From Candidatus Omnitrophota bacterium (GTDB taxonomy: Bacteria; Omnitrophota; Gorgyraeia; Zapsychrales; Zapsychraceae), in the NCBI GenBank assembly GCA_028280285.1, contig JANQMA010000003.1:8868-72867 (forward strand): 64,000 nucleotides of DNA, in the 5' to 3' direction. Of the stretch, positions 18,512 through 28,390 are shown piece by piece. Position 1 is the stretch's first letter. Each line of letters starts with the position of its first letter. The notes beneath the pieces were generated by a model. That model saw only the letters and a program-made list of their open reading frames with translations. It had not been told where the DNA came from and did no database searches. Made by a program: the position numbers and the translations under genes.

Positions 18512-18997
18512 ATGGATGAAATACTTGAAATTCTGACCAATGATGCCCGCGTCACTCCTGAGGAAATCGCCGGTCTTACTGGAAAGTCGGTGGCCGCGGT
18601 TAAAAAGGCCATCAAACAGTATGAAAAAGACGGGGTTATTGTTAAGTACAAGACTCTGATTAATCAGGATTTGGCCCGCGATACCAGTAAATTTGTGCGT
18701 GCCCTGATTGAGGTTAGTGTCTCTCCTCAAAAAGATGTGGGGTTCGATAAGATTGCTGAGCGGATCTATAATTTTCCTGAAGTGAAGAGCTGTTATTTGG
18801 TTTCAGGGGCCTATGATTTTCTTGTGGAGGTGGAAGGCGAAAGCATTCATACCGTATCTAATTTCATTGCCTCAAAATTATCGCCTATGGAGAGTGTGCA
18901 GAGCACCTCAACCCATTTTCTTTTGAAAAAATTTAAAGAAGACGGGCAGATTCTGGCTAAAGGATCAGAGGAAAAACGATTAAAAATATCGATTTAA
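18512..18997 (+). CDS. Lrp/AsnC family transcriptional regulator
   Basis: N-terminal HTH MDEILEILTNDARVTPEEIAGLTGKSVAAVKKAI plus C-terminal RAM domain. Confidence 0.85.
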   Translation: MDEILEILTNDARVTPEEIAGLTGKSVAAVKKAIKQYEKDGVIVKYKTLINQDLARDTSKFVRALIEVSVSPQKDVGFDKIAERIYNFPEVKSCYLVSGAYDFLVEVEGESIHTVSNFIASKLSPMESVQSTSTHFLLKKFKEDGQILAKGSEEKRLKISI

Positions 18998-19001
18998 TAT
19001 T

Positions 19002-20159
19002 ATGAAATACGAATTATCCAAAAAAGTTGAACAACTCGCTCCCTCGGGGATCAGGGCTTTTTTTGATCTGGTTTTGGGGATGAAGGATGTCATTTCCCTT
19101 GGCGTGGGTGAGCCGGATTTTGTCACGCCCTGGCATGTTAGGGAAAGTGCGATTAATTCCCTTGAGGAAGGCTACACGTCATATACCTCCAATAAAGGCA
19201 TGCCTGAGCTGCGTAAACAAATTGTTAAAACGCTTAAACACAAATACAATTTGACCTATGATTGGGATGAAGAGACATTGATCACTGTTGGTGTCAGCGA
19301 AGGCCTTGATCTTGTAATGCGGGCTATTTTAAATACGGGTGATAAGGTATTGGTTCCTGAGCCGGTCTATGTGTCTTATGGTCCTGTTGTTGAATTGGCA
19401 GGCGGCAAACCGGCTGTTCTTAAGACTGATATTAATAATGGATTTAAATTAACACCGCAGCAGATTGAAAAGGCTTGCGTTAAGGGTGTTAAAGCGATCA
19501 TGATTAATTACCCGTGCAATCCGACGGGGGCATCTTATACAAAAAAAGAGTTGGAAGATATTGCCCGTGTGGTTAAGAAAAAGGGACTTATTGTGATCTC
19601 CGATGAGGTCTACGATGAGCTGACCTATGATTTTGACCATACGCCGTTTGCGAGCCTTAAGGGGATGAAAGATCATGTGGTCTATTTGAATGGATTTTCT
19701 AAAGCTTATGCGATGACGGGTTTTCGTATCGGTTGGGCCTGCGGTCCCCGGAAAATAATTGCAGCGATGACAAAAATACATCAGTACACCATTTTATGTC
19801 CACCGATCACAGGGCAAATGGCTTGTATTGAAGCGATGAAGCATGGACAGCGCAATGTGCAAAATATGAAAAAAGAGTATAACCGCCGACGAAAATATAT
19901 TGTCAAGGCGCTTAATGATATTGGTTTAGATTGTCATATGCCACAAGGAGCATTTTATGTCTTTCCATCAATTAAGAAAACTAAAATGAAATCGATGGAC
20001 TTTGCAACAAAGTTACTTGATGAGCAAAAGGTTGCTTTAGTGCCCGGTGTTGCTTTTGGTCAAGGGTGGGACAACTGTGTGCGCATATCCTATGCCTCTA
20101 GTTATGAAAGCCTTAAGGAAGCGATCAAGAGAATTGATGCTTTTGTAAAAGGAAAATAA
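19002..20159 (+). CDS. PLP-dependent aminotransferase, class I (aspartate/aromatic)
   Basis: LAPSGIRAFFDL, LGVGEPDF, and the NGFSKAYAMTGFRIGW lysine region. Confidence 0.85.
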   Translation: MKYELSKKVEQLAPSGIRAFFDLVLGMKDVISLGVGEPDFVTPWHVRESAINSLEEGYTSYTSNKGMPELRKQIVKTLKHKYNLTYDWDEETLITVGVSEGLDLVMRAILNTGDKVLVPEPVYVSYGPVVELAGGKPAVLKTDINNGFKLTPQQIEKACVKGVKAIMINYPCNPTGASYTKKELEDIARVVKKKGLIVISDEVYDELTYDFDHTPFASLKGMKDHVVYLNGFSKAYAMTGFRIGWACGPRKIIAAMTKIHQYTILCPPITGQMACIEAMKHGQRNVQNMKKEYNRRRKYIVKALNDIGLDCHMPQGAFYVFPSIKKTKMKSMDFATKLLDEQKVALVPGVAFGQGWDNCVRISYASSYESLKEAIKRIDAFVKGK

Positions 20160-20161
20160 GT

Positions 20162-20557
20162 ATGGAACGAGTAACTAACGAAGAAGACGAGTTTGAAATT
20201 TCTTTTTATGAAGGAATTATTAAGAATAAACCTGATTTTATAGAGGCGCTCGTTGCACTGGGGGATCTTTATACACGCAATGGCTACTACACCAAAGGAT
20301 TAATTGTTGATCAAAAATTAGAAGTTTTATGCCCGGATGATCCGGTTGTCTTGTATAATTTAGCGTGCAGTTATTCATTGCTTAATAGAATTGATGAATC
20401 ATTGGCTGTCGTTAAAAGAGCGGTTAAAAAAGGATATACTGATTTTCAGCATATGAAGGCTGATACTGATTTAGATAATTTACGTAAAGACAAACGATTT
20501 AAGCAATACTTGACACGTATACAAAAAAAGTTACTGTTAAAAGCAGATGAAGGTTAA
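20162..20557 (+). CDS. TPR-repeat protein
   Basis: ALVALGDLYTRNGYYTKG..VLYNLACSYSLLNRIDESLAVVKRAV. Confidence 0.5.
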   Translation: MERVTNEEDEFEISFYEGIIKNKPDFIEALVALGDLYTRNGYYTKGLIVDQKLEVLCPDDPVVLYNLACSYSLLNRIDESLAVVKRAVKKGYTDFQHMKADTDLDNLRKDKRFKQYLTRIQKKLLLKADEG

Positions 20558-20563
20558 AATGTT

Positions 20564-21037
20564 TTGCCTATGACAGATACAAAAAAGCCTCCTAACAAAA
20601 AAGAACTACGTAAATTCGTTCGTCTCAAATGGCAGTATCCTGTCGAGTTTACGATTATAAGCTTCGGCGAGGACTTACCCGGTATAGGCTGGCAGCAGGG
20701 TATGACACAGAATGTCAGCGCGGAAGGAATGAGTCTTGAGGCAGTGGATGTTCACCCTATTACACTTGAATATCTTCAAAAACATGACATCTATTTAAAA
20801 CTACAGTTAAATATTCCTACAACCGAAATGCCGGTTAAAGCGACAGGTGAAGTTGTTTGGCATCATCCAGACAATGAAGGAGGTTTCACGGTCGGTTTAA
20901 GGTTTAAAACCATGGCGGATGAAGATTTAAAGAGAATTCTTCGTCATGCGCATTGGAAAATGTTTGTGCAGAGAATATTTATTTTTATTGGCCTTTTTAT
21001 AGTGGGTCTGGGTGTTTATCTGCTTATCCGACCGTAA
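20564..21037 (+). CDS. PilZ-domain protein with C-terminal TM helix
   Basis: RKFVRLK (RxxxR) and NVSAEGMSL (D/NxSxxG) c-di-GMP-binding motifs. C-terminal hydrophobic helix. Confidence 0.6.
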   Translation: MPMTDTKKPPNKKELRKFVRLKWQYPVEFTIISFGEDLPGIGWQQGMTQNVSAEGMSLEAVDVHPITLEYLQKHDIYLKLQLNIPTTEMPVKATGEVVWHHPDNEGGFTVGLRFKTMADEDLKRILRHAHWKMFVQRIFIFIGLFIVGLGVYLLIRP

Positions 21038-21048
21038 AGGCGTTTGTT

Positions 21049-21468
21049 ATGAAATCATTTAAAAAGGAGTTGTGGTTTAATACAGATACACGCCGGGCGT
21101 ATATTAATATTACCGAAGAGGTGCAGGAGACGATCAATGAAAGTGACATTAAAGAGGGTCTCTGTTTGGTAAATGCGATGCATATAAGTGCGAGTGTGTA
21201 CATTAACGATGATGAGCGCGGGCTTTTGCATGATTATGATAAGTGGCTTGAGACGCTTGCGCCGCATGCACCGATAGAACAATATCGTCATAATGATACG
21301 GGAGAAGATAATGCTGATGCGCATTTAAAACGGCAGGTTATGGGCCGGGAGGTTGTTGTGGCCATTACCGAAGGAAAGCTTGACTTTGGACCGTGGGAGC
21401 AAATTTTTTACGGCGAATTTGATGGGCGCCGTAAGAAACGCGTATTAGTTAAAATTATCGGAGAATAG
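21049..21468 (+). CDS. YjbQ/UPF0047 family protein (second, divergent paralog)
   Basis: Internal ATG at 21049. [58 protein letters not shown] matches the YjbQ C-terminal pattern. Confidence 0.65.
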   Translation: MKSFKKELWFNTDTRRAYINITEEVQETINESDIKEGLCLVNAMHISASVYINDDERGLLHDYDKWLETLAPHAPIEQYRHNDTGEDNADAHLKRQVMGREVVVAITEGKLDFGPWEQIFYGEFDGRRKKRVLVKIIGE

Positions 21469-21469
21469 C

Positions 21470-23209
21470 TTGGCGATTTCTAATCGATTGGCTATTATTA
21501 TCGTTGTGCTCGGCGCGTGCCTTGCATATGGCAATACGCTTTTTAACGGGTTTGTCGGCGATGATAATATGCTCATCGTTAATAACACCGCTTACCGTTC
21601 GTGGGATAATTTCACGCGACTTCTTTTCAAAGATTACATTATCGATATCGATGATATTTTAAATGGGGAGACAAAGTTTCACGGCTCATCCGATGTTTCG
21701 TACAGGCCTGTTAAATCAGCGACCCATTTTATCGATTATGCTTTATGGCAGCTAAATCCACTAGGCTATCATCTCAATAATCTTATCTTGCATGCGGTGA
21801 ATGCTGTTTTAGTGTTTATTTTTCTAAACAGTATTTTTAAAAATCAAAAGATTGCGCTTCTTTCTGCCCTTTTTTTTGCCGTGCATCCTATTCAGTCGGA
21901 GACGGTAAGCTCCATTAACTTCCGGCACAATCTTTTACTTGTTTTCTTTACAATGGCGGCGATGCTAAGCTATGCGGCATCGTTTAAATCCAAAAAGGTA
22001 TTATGGTTGTTTGTATCTTATGTGATGTTTTTTTGTGCCGTTTTTTCGAAAGAGGCGGCGATCATTTTGCCAATTCTCATTATCGGCTACGATGGCATTA
22101 TAAAAGGTAAGTCTGTGGGAGAGATTGCTAAAGGATTTATAGGACGCTATTTTGGTTTTTTTGTCGTTATGGTTTTTTTCTTATATGCGTTTGTGTATGT
22201 CTTTCCTAATGTTGTTTCTGAAAAAGTGGGGCTGTTTGGGGGGGCATGGACGACACATGTAGTTTATTTGGTTCATATTTTTATTTATTATCTTAAGTCT
22301 TTTGTTTTCCCATGGTCCGTTAAAAGTCTACCGCCGCTATTCAATATTGAGGTTGAAACGTTATGGGGTTTAGGTACGTATTTAGGGATTTGTGCTGTAT
22401 TGGCGATGATATGGCTTTATGCATACTATTTTAAACAAAACCGTAAGCTGTGTTTTTTGATTTTTTGGTTTATGGCATCCTACATTGTTGTCTCCAACAT
22501 TGTTCCTTTTGTTAACCCAATTTCTTTCCGTTTTATGTACCTTCCATCGATCGGTGTCTTTGCTATCCTTGCATTTTATATTGATCGAGTGATGGTCAAA
22601 ATCGGTAATAGTAATCTGGGGACCATTGTTCAATTGGTTTTGATTTTTTTTTGTGCCACTTGGGCATGGCCTTTGAATACGGCCTGGAGGAGTGATTATA
22701 CAATGACGCTTAAGATGTATCGTGATTTTCCCCAAAATCCTCGTGCGAATATGTATGCAGGGATGACATACTTTCATTTAAAAGATTATGCGCAAGCGGC
22801 AAGGCTGCTTAATTATGCCCTGGAATTGGGGCTGGAGGATCCCCGCCTGTATCATTATCTTGGCATCATTTATATGGGGGATCCAAAAAGAACCGAACCA
22901 CTTTTTACGGCCTGTGTCAAAAAATTTCCACGCTATGCCACGTGTTATGCCGGGTTGGGCAGGGTCTATTTTCTGGATGGGCTTAACACGCAGGCCATGA
23001 ACCACTTTACCATAAACCGTTCATTGGTGGCCAATTATCCAACCTATGGGTATCTGATTCAGTTGTATCTAATGGCTGAGGATCGGCCAGGTGCTGAGGC
23101 TGCTCTCAAGGAGGCCGAAGGCAGACTGACCGATCAAGACCATGTTGACTCTCTGAAAAAACTTTTTGCCGAAGACCCCGCCCGCTTTCCCATTGATATT
23201 GGATTCTAG
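21470..23209 (+). CDS. TMTC-like membrane protein (GT-C-like N-terminal TM domain plus C-terminal TPR repeats)
   Basis: N-terminal LAYGNTLFNGFVGDDNMLIVNN and the multi-TM region resemble PMT/TMTC glycosyltransferases. C-terminal TPRs. TTG start in the track. Confidence 0.5.
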   Translation: MAISNRLAIIIVVLGACLAYGNTLFNGFVGDDNMLIVNNTAYRSWDNFTRLLFKDYIIDIDDILNGETKFHGSSDVSYRPVKSATHFIDYALWQLNPLGYHLNNLILHAVNAVLVFIFLNSIFKNQKIALLSALFFAVHPIQSETVSSINFRHNLLLVFFTMAAMLSYAASFKSKKVLWLFVSYVMFFCAVFSKEAAIILPILIIGYDGIIKGKSVGEIAKGFIGRYFGFFVVMVFFLYAFVYVFPNVVSEKVGLFGGAWTTHVVYLVHIFIYYLKSFVFPWSVKSLPPLFNIEVETLWGLGTYLGICAVLAMIWLYAYYFKQNRKLCFLIFWFMASYIVVSNIVPFVNPISFRFMYLPSIGVFAILAFYIDRVMVKIGNSNLGTIVQLVLIFFCATWAWPLNTAWRSDYTMTLKMYRDFPQNPRANMYAGMTYFHLKDYAQAARLLNYALELGLEDPRLYHYLGIIYMGDPKRTEPLFTACVKKFPRYATCYAGLGRVYFLDGLNTQAMNHFTINRSLVANYPTYGYLIQLYLMAEDRPGAEAALKEAEGRLTDQDHVDSLKKLFAEDPARFPIDIGF

Positions 23210-23315
23210 TCGAAAATCGGGCACCTTTTCAATCCTTGACCCTCTTATTTAAACCGTGTAGACTAGGTCAATAAATTAAGACTTATATAAGTAATAATAA
23301 TAAAAAGGAGCGAAC

Positions 23316-24218
23316 ATGAGTTTAATCGCGGTTGGGACTGTGGCTATTGATAATTTAATCACACCTTCTGGCGCTAAAAATGACCTTTTAGGTGGATCAG
23401 CGGCACATTTTTCGATGAGCGCCAGGCATTTTACCAAGGTGCATCTGGCTAGTGTTGTCGGGGAGGATTTTCCTCAGAAACATATGACCTTTTTAAAGAA
23501 ACAGGGTGTGGATACAACATCGATCATTGAGCGTGACGGCAAGACATTCCGTTGGGTCGGGGAATTTAAAAAAGGCGACTTTAATCATGCAATCACACAC
23601 GAAACAGAGCTTGGTGTTTTGGAAAATTATGCCCCGCAAGTGGCCTTTGAACAGCGTGATATAGACAATGTGTTTTTAGGCAATTGTGATCCCGATGTGC
23701 AGCATGAATTTTTAAAACTTATGCATAATCCGAAATTTGTCGGGCTTGATTCAATGAATCTGTGGATTGATATTAAACGGCCGAGTTTAAAGAAACTGAT
23801 GAAGGAAGTGAATTTGTTTGTTGTTAATGATGGCGAGGCGCAAATGCTTTCGGAAGAGTCTAATCTGATTAAAGCGGCCAAAATTTTAAGAAAAATGGGG
23901 CCGGAGTTTATTGTAATTAAAAAAGGGGAGAACGGTGTTCTTTTTTACTGTGATAAATTTATGTTTTCGTTCTCGGCGTTTCCGGTGGAAAAAGTCATTG
24001 ATCCGACGGGCGCAGGCGATACATTTGCCGGCGGTCTGATGGGGACACTTGCGAACGCCAAGAAAATTGATGATAAAACAGTACGTGAAGCGGTTGTTAA
24101 TGCCACGACACTGGCTTCATTTAATGTGCAAGGGTTCGGCATGTCGAAAACAGCACCGCTGACAAAGACAGATATTAACGGACGGCGTAAAGAGTATTTA
24201 AAGTTTATAACACCTTAA
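23316..24218 (+). CDS. PfkB-family carbohydrate kinase
   Basis: DPTGAGDTFAGG ribokinase-family motif. Confidence 0.8.
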   Translation: MSLIAVGTVAIDNLITPSGAKNDLLGGSAAHFSMSARHFTKVHLASVVGEDFPQKHMTFLKKQGVDTTSIIERDGKTFRWVGEFKKGDFNHAITHETELGVLENYAPQVAFEQRDIDNVFLGNCDPDVQHEFLKLMHNPKFVGLDSMNLWIDIKRPSLKKLMKEVNLFVVNDGEAQMLSEESNLIKAAKILRKMGPEFIVIKKGENGVLFYCDKFMFSFSAFPVEKVIDPTGAGDTFAGGLMGTLANAKKIDDKTVREAVVNATTLASFNVQGFGMSKTAPLTKTDINGRRKEYLKFITP

Positions 24219-24220
24219 TA

Positions 24221-24297
24221 GGGATAGAGGGATTGAGGGTTATAGGGTTAGAGATGACAAAAACACAAACCCTTTAACCCATTATCCCTAAACCCTT
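24221..24297. repeat. degenerate inverted repeat, gggatagaggg family
   Basis: gggatagagggattgagggttatagggttagag / aaaccctttaacccattatccctaaaccct. A half-copy lies at ~26163-26192. Confidence 0.8.
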
Positions 24298-24307
24298 TTT
24301 AATTATC

Positions 24308-24580
24308 ATGGAACAAGTCATAAGTACACTGGGACTTATCGGCGGGATTATCTTACCGTTATTTAATATTCCTTTGATTTACCGCATGATTCAACGCAAA
24401 TCATCCGATGATTTGAGTTTGATATGGGTTATTGGTGTGTGGGTATGTATTGTGCTGATGACACCTGCGGGCTTTACATCAAAAGAAGTTGTGTGGCGGA
24501 TCTATAGCTATTTTAATATTACGCTTTTCACATGCGTTATGATCGTGACCCTTAAATACAGGCATTTTAATGGAAAATAA
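24308..24580 (+). CDS. small 3-TM membrane protein (PQ-loop/SemiSWEET-like)
   Basis: 90 aa, three hydrophobic segments. Layout like SemiSWEET/LAB_N. Confidence 0.35.
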   Translation: MEQVISTLGLIGGIILPLFNIPLIYRMIQRKSSDDLSLIWVIGVWVCIVLMTPAGFTSKEVVWRIYSYFNITLFTCVMIVTLKYRHFNGK

Positions 24581-25496
24581 AACAGACAAGTATAAATGCG
24601 GAATGGTTTCGATCGTCGGCCGGCCGAATGTCGGTAAGTCGACGTTGCTTAATGCGATTATTGGCGAGAAGGTAACGATTGTCTCGAAGGTGCCGCAGAC
24701 CACACGCAATCAGGTACGCGGTATTTACAGTGATCAACGCGGCCAGATTATTTTTGTCGATACTCCGGGACTTCATAAGGGGACGGATAATTTGGATAAA
24801 TATATGCATAAAGCATCGACAACAGCTATTCCTGATGCGGATTGCATTATTTATTTAGTCGACACGCAAAGGCGTATTGGTGAAGAGGAAGAAAAAATCG
24901 CGCTTCGTCTAAAAAATCTTAAAGTGCCCGTTATTATGGGACTTAATAAAATGGATAAAAGAAATGGCCTGGTGCCCGAATACATCGACATGTGGGAAGA
25001 TGTGTGCGGCTGCAAGGTTTCGGAAATGGAAAACTTTGTTCTTTTGACTTTGTCGGCCATAAAGGAGACGAATATTGATCGTCTGCTTGATATTGTTTTT
25101 AACTATTTGCCCGAAGGAGAACCGCTTTATCCGACGGATATTATTAGCGACACACCGAAAAAAATGGTAATTGCCGATTTAATACGCGAGAAGCTTTTTC
25201 GCTACATGAAAGACGAGCTGCCGCATTCAATCGGAATAAACATTGATGAAATGACACCGGTGAAAAGTAAAACATTTCTGATCCGTGCAACGATTTATGT
25301 TGAGCATGACAGGCAAAAAGAAATTGTGATTGGCAAGGCAGGGGCCAATTTAAAAAAGATTGGTAAAGAAGCACGTATCGATTTAGAGGATCTTTTGGAA
25401 ACAAAGGTGTTTTTAGATCTTTTTGTTAAGGCGAAAGATAGATGGCGTAGTGATGAGAGCCTTCTTTATGACTTAGGTTATTCTGAAGATCAGTAA
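24570..25496 (+). CDS. era: GTPase Era
   Basis: GRPNVGKSTLLN, DTPG, NKMD GTPase motifs plus a C-terminal KH domain. Confidence 0.9.
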   Translation: MENKTDKYKCGMVSIVGRPNVGKSTLLNAIIGEKVTIVSKVPQTTRNQVRGIYSDQRGQIIFVDTPGLHKGTDNLDKYMHKASTTAIPDADCIIYLVDTQRRIGEEEEKIALRLKNLKVPVIMGLNKMDKRNGLVPEYIDMWEDVCGCKVSEMENFVLLTLSAIKETNIDRLLDIVFNYLPEGEPLYPTDIISDTPKKMVIADLIREKLFRYMKDELPHSIGINIDEMTPVKSKTFLIRATIYVEHDRQKEIVIGKAGANLKKIGKEARIDLEDLLETKVFLDLFVKAKDRWRSDESLLYDLGYSEDQ

Positions 25497-25502
25497 TAGG
25501 TT

Positions 25503-26174
25503 ATGAAAAGCACGACGGCGAAGCGCATTCAAAGGTTGGACGATATTGCCACTAACCGCTACGGGATCCCATCGGTGTGTTTGATGGAAAACGCCGGACG
25601 TTTGGTTGCTGAAGAAATTATTAAATATTGTGATCGTACGGGAAAGAGTAGTATTTGTGTTGTCTGTGGTGTAGGTAATAATGCCGGTGATGGATTTGTG
25701 ATAGCGCGTTATCTGAAGGAGTCTGATCTCAAAGTTTCGGTTTTGCATGTCGGATCAGCGGGTGATTTAAAGAAAGACGCGCTCATTAATTACACGATCT
25801 TTAAAAAGCTCGGTAATAAGGTTGATTCTTTTAAAAAATTAAATGCGACACATGCTGCAGTTCTTAAAAAGGCTGATGTGATTGTTGATGCCTTGTTTGG
25901 GGTCGGGCTTAACAGAGAAATTGGACCGCCTTTTAAGGAAGTGATTGAGGCAATCAATAAGGCTCAAGGCTATGTCGTTTCTGTTGATGTGCCCTCTGGT
26001 ATTGATGCAACGACAGGAATTATGTACGGTATTGCTGTTAAGGCCAAGAAAACAGTTACGTTTACTCTGGCCAAGGCAGGACTACTCAAAGGATTTGGCA
26101 AAAAATGTGCGGGAACAATTAAGGTTGTTGATATTGGGATACCGAAAGCACTAATTAAAAGGATTTGTGGGTAG
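25503..26174 (+). CDS. nnrE: NAD(P)H-hydrate epimerase (YjeF N-terminal domain)
   Basis: CGVGNNAGDGFVIARYL and DALFGVGL motifs. Confidence 0.8.
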   Translation: MKSTTAKRIQRLDDIATNRYGIPSVCLMENAGRLVAEEIIKYCDRTGKSSICVVCGVGNNAGDGFVIARYLKESDLKVSVLHVGSAGDLKKDALINYTIFKKLGNKVDSFKKLNATHAAVLKKADVIVDALFGVGLNREIGPPFKEVIEAINKAQGYVVSVDVPSGIDATTGIMYGIAVKAKKTVTFTLAKAGLLKGFGKKCAGTIKVVDIGIPKALIKRICG

Positions 26175-26188
26175 AGGGATAAAGGGTT

Positions 26189-26863
26189 ATGGGGTTTGTC
26201 ATGGCCGTTAACAATAAAAATATAGACAATGTTGTTAAAATTATCCGCCATGCATTGCGTGATCTGCCTGATCCTTCGGTGACATTGGTGGGAAAGAGGT
26301 GGAAGTCGCCGTTTTTAGTTTTGATCTCGTGCATTATGAGCCTGCGGACCAAGGATGAGACGACACTGCCGGCCAGCGAAAGATTGTTTAAACTGGCTGA
26401 TACGCCGGAAAGTATGCTACAATTGTCGGCAAAGAAAATTGAAAAAGCGATTTTTCCAGTCGGATTTTATAAGACAAAGGCAAAGACAATTCACGGCATT
26501 TGCCGCGATATTATTGATAGATACGGTGGCAAGGTTCCGGACAGTATTGAAGAGTTAACGACCATGAAGGGAGTTGGTCGTAAAACAGCTAACCTGGTTA
26601 TGACCGAAGGCTTCGGCATTCCGGCGATATGTGTTGATACACATGTGCACCGTATATCAAACAGGTTTGGTTATTTGGAAACCAGTGTGCCGGATGAAAC
26701 GGAGATTGTATTAAGAAAGAAATTGCCGAAGAAACATTGGATCGATTACAACGCTTTATTAGTTGTGTGGGGGCAAAATATTTGCCGTCCGATTTCGCCC
26801 AAGTGCTCGCAGTGCGGGGTTAAACGTTATTGCGCGCGCATAGGCGTGGATAAAAGCAGGTAA
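26189..26863 (+). CDS. nth: endonuclease III-like DNA glycosylase
   Basis: HhH-GPD region (MKGVGRKTANLV), VDTHV, and C-terminal 4Fe-4S CxxxxxxCxxCxxxxxC. Confidence 0.8.
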   Translation: MGFVMAVNNKNIDNVVKIIRHALRDLPDPSVTLVGKRWKSPFLVLISCIMSLRTKDETTLPASERLFKLADTPESMLQLSAKKIEKAIFPVGFYKTKAKTIHGICRDIIDRYGGKVPDSIEELTTMKGVGRKTANLVMTEGFGIPAICVDTHVHRISNRFGYLETSVPDETEIVLRKKLPKKHWIDYNALLVVWGQNICRPISPKCSQCGVKRYCARIGVDKSR

Positions 26864-26883
26864 CAAAGGTATTTTAGACATTA

Positions 26884-26952
26884 TTTAAACAATAAACTTC
26901 AAACATTAAACAAACCTATTGCCAAACAGTTTAATGTTTATTGTTTAAAGTT
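26884..26952. repeat. degenerate inverted repeat, aaacattaaac family (copy 1)
   Basis: ttaaacaataaacttcaaacattaaac..caaacagtttaatgtttattgtttaaagtttt. Confidence 0.8.
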
Positions 26953-26978
26953 TTAAAATATTTTTTATTTAATAAAAG

Positions 26979-28274
26979 TTGAGTAAGATGAGACTATTTA
27001 TCTATCTATCAGAAATGTTAGGCCGTAAGGTTTGCGACAGCAACGGCCGTGTGATAGGGCGATTGACAGATGTGTCGATGCGTCTGGCCGATGAGGTATT
27101 TCCACGCGCCGAGAGTCTCATTATCAGCCGCGGGTTTATCGTCAAACAATATATGTCGGTTGCTATCGAAAGTTTTGAACGTTTGGGTAAGAATTTAAAG
27201 ATCAAAAAGGATGCCGGGCAAGTAAACTTTAAGCCGGAAAAACTTAGAGTTGATTTTTCTCTTTGCCGCGATATTTTGGATCAGCAAGTTGTTGATACGC
27301 ATGACCAGAAGGTTGTACGTGTTAATGACGTTCATCTTTTGCGCGTCGATAATCAAATCTATTTAGCCCATGTTGATGTTGGTTTACGCGGACTTGTCCG
27401 TCGGCTCGGCTGGCAGAAGTTTATTGATGCGATTGTTAAAATGATTGTTCCGGATTCGCCTTATTTAAAGGAAGAGGAACTTATCTCATGGCGTAACTCA
27501 CAGGCACTTACTCTGGGGCGTAATAAAAATGTCCTGCGTTTCAATGAAGCGAAAAGAAAACTGGCGCGCATTCCCCCGACACAGCTGGCCGAAATCATGG
27601 AGGATTTGGATATCTTTGAGAAGCTTTCTTTATTTAAGTCCTTTACCTTTGATCTGCAAAAAAAGGTCTTTACCGATCTTGCCCCTCAAGAAAAAGAAGA
27701 GCTTATTGACCAATTAACAGACAGAGAGGCGGCCGATCTTATTGAAAATATTCCGTCGGATGAGGCGGTAGATTTGTTGGCTGATATTCCTAAAGAAAAA
27801 TCAGCGAAATGGTTGCGTTTAATTCATAGTGCGACATCAAAACAATTACGCAAGCTCCTCGGCTTTGCTCAAGATTCTGCCGGGGGCTTGATGACGACCG
27901 AATACCTTTATCTCAAACGTGATGCGCTCGTTGGAGATGCCATGGCCAAGATTAAAAAATTTGTGGATTATCCCGGTAATATTTTTCATGTGTATATTGT
28001 TGATGATGAGCATAAACTTCTCGGCGCTACATCACTCAGGCGCTTTATTAATGAAGACGATAAAAAGCCACTGATTGAAACATGTTATCCCAAACGAATT
28101 TTTGTCCGCACCGACGATGATGTCGAGGAAATTGCGCTTCTTCTTGAGAAGTATAAATTTTCGTCCATTCCGGTGCTTGATGAGAATGATGTGTTGCAAG
28201 GAGTTATTACGACCGATGACGTTTTAGAAGAGTTGATTTCGCTTGCGTGGACGAAATATAAAGACCAGCTGTAG
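26979..28274 (+). CDS. MgtE-N domain plus CBS-pair protein (no transporter TM domain)
   Basis: MgtE-N-like helical region (QLAEIMEDLDIFE..DLIENIPSDEAVDLLADIP) followed by two CBS motifs. No hydrophobic helices. Confidence 0.6.
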   Translation: MSKMRLFIYLSEMLGRKVCDSNGRVIGRLTDVSMRLADEVFPRAESLIISRGFIVKQYMSVAIESFERLGKNLKIKKDAGQVNFKPEKLRVDFSLCRDILDQQVVDTHDQKVVRVNDVHLLRVDNQIYLAHVDVGLRGLVRRLGWQKFIDAIVKMIVPDSPYLKEEELISWRNSQALTLGRNKNVLRFNEAKRKLARIPPTQLAEIMEDLDIFEKLSLFKSFTFDLQKKVFTDLAPQEKEELIDQLTDREAADLIENIPSDEAVDLLADIPKEKSAKWLRLIHSATSKQLRKLLGFAQDSAGGLMTTEYLYLKRDALVGDAMAKIKKFVDYPGNIFHVYIVDDEHKLLGATSLRRFINEDDKKPLIETCYPKRIFVRTDDDVEEIALLLEKYKFSSIPVLDENDVLQGVITTDDVLEELISLAWTKYKDQL

Positions 28275-28292
28275 GAAGGATAGGTAAAGAAG

Positions 28293-28358
28293 TAAAACAT
28301 TAAACTTTAAACATCAAACAGACTTATCGTCAAACAGTTTAATGTTTATTGTTTAAAG
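28293..28358. repeat. degenerate inverted repeat, aaacattaaac family (copy 2)
   Basis: Right arm caaacagtttaatgtttattgtttaaagtttt is identical over ~30 nt to the copy at 26925-26952. Confidence 0.8.
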
Positions 28359-28390
28359 TTTTTAAATACATTTGCTGCCTTCTATTTACT

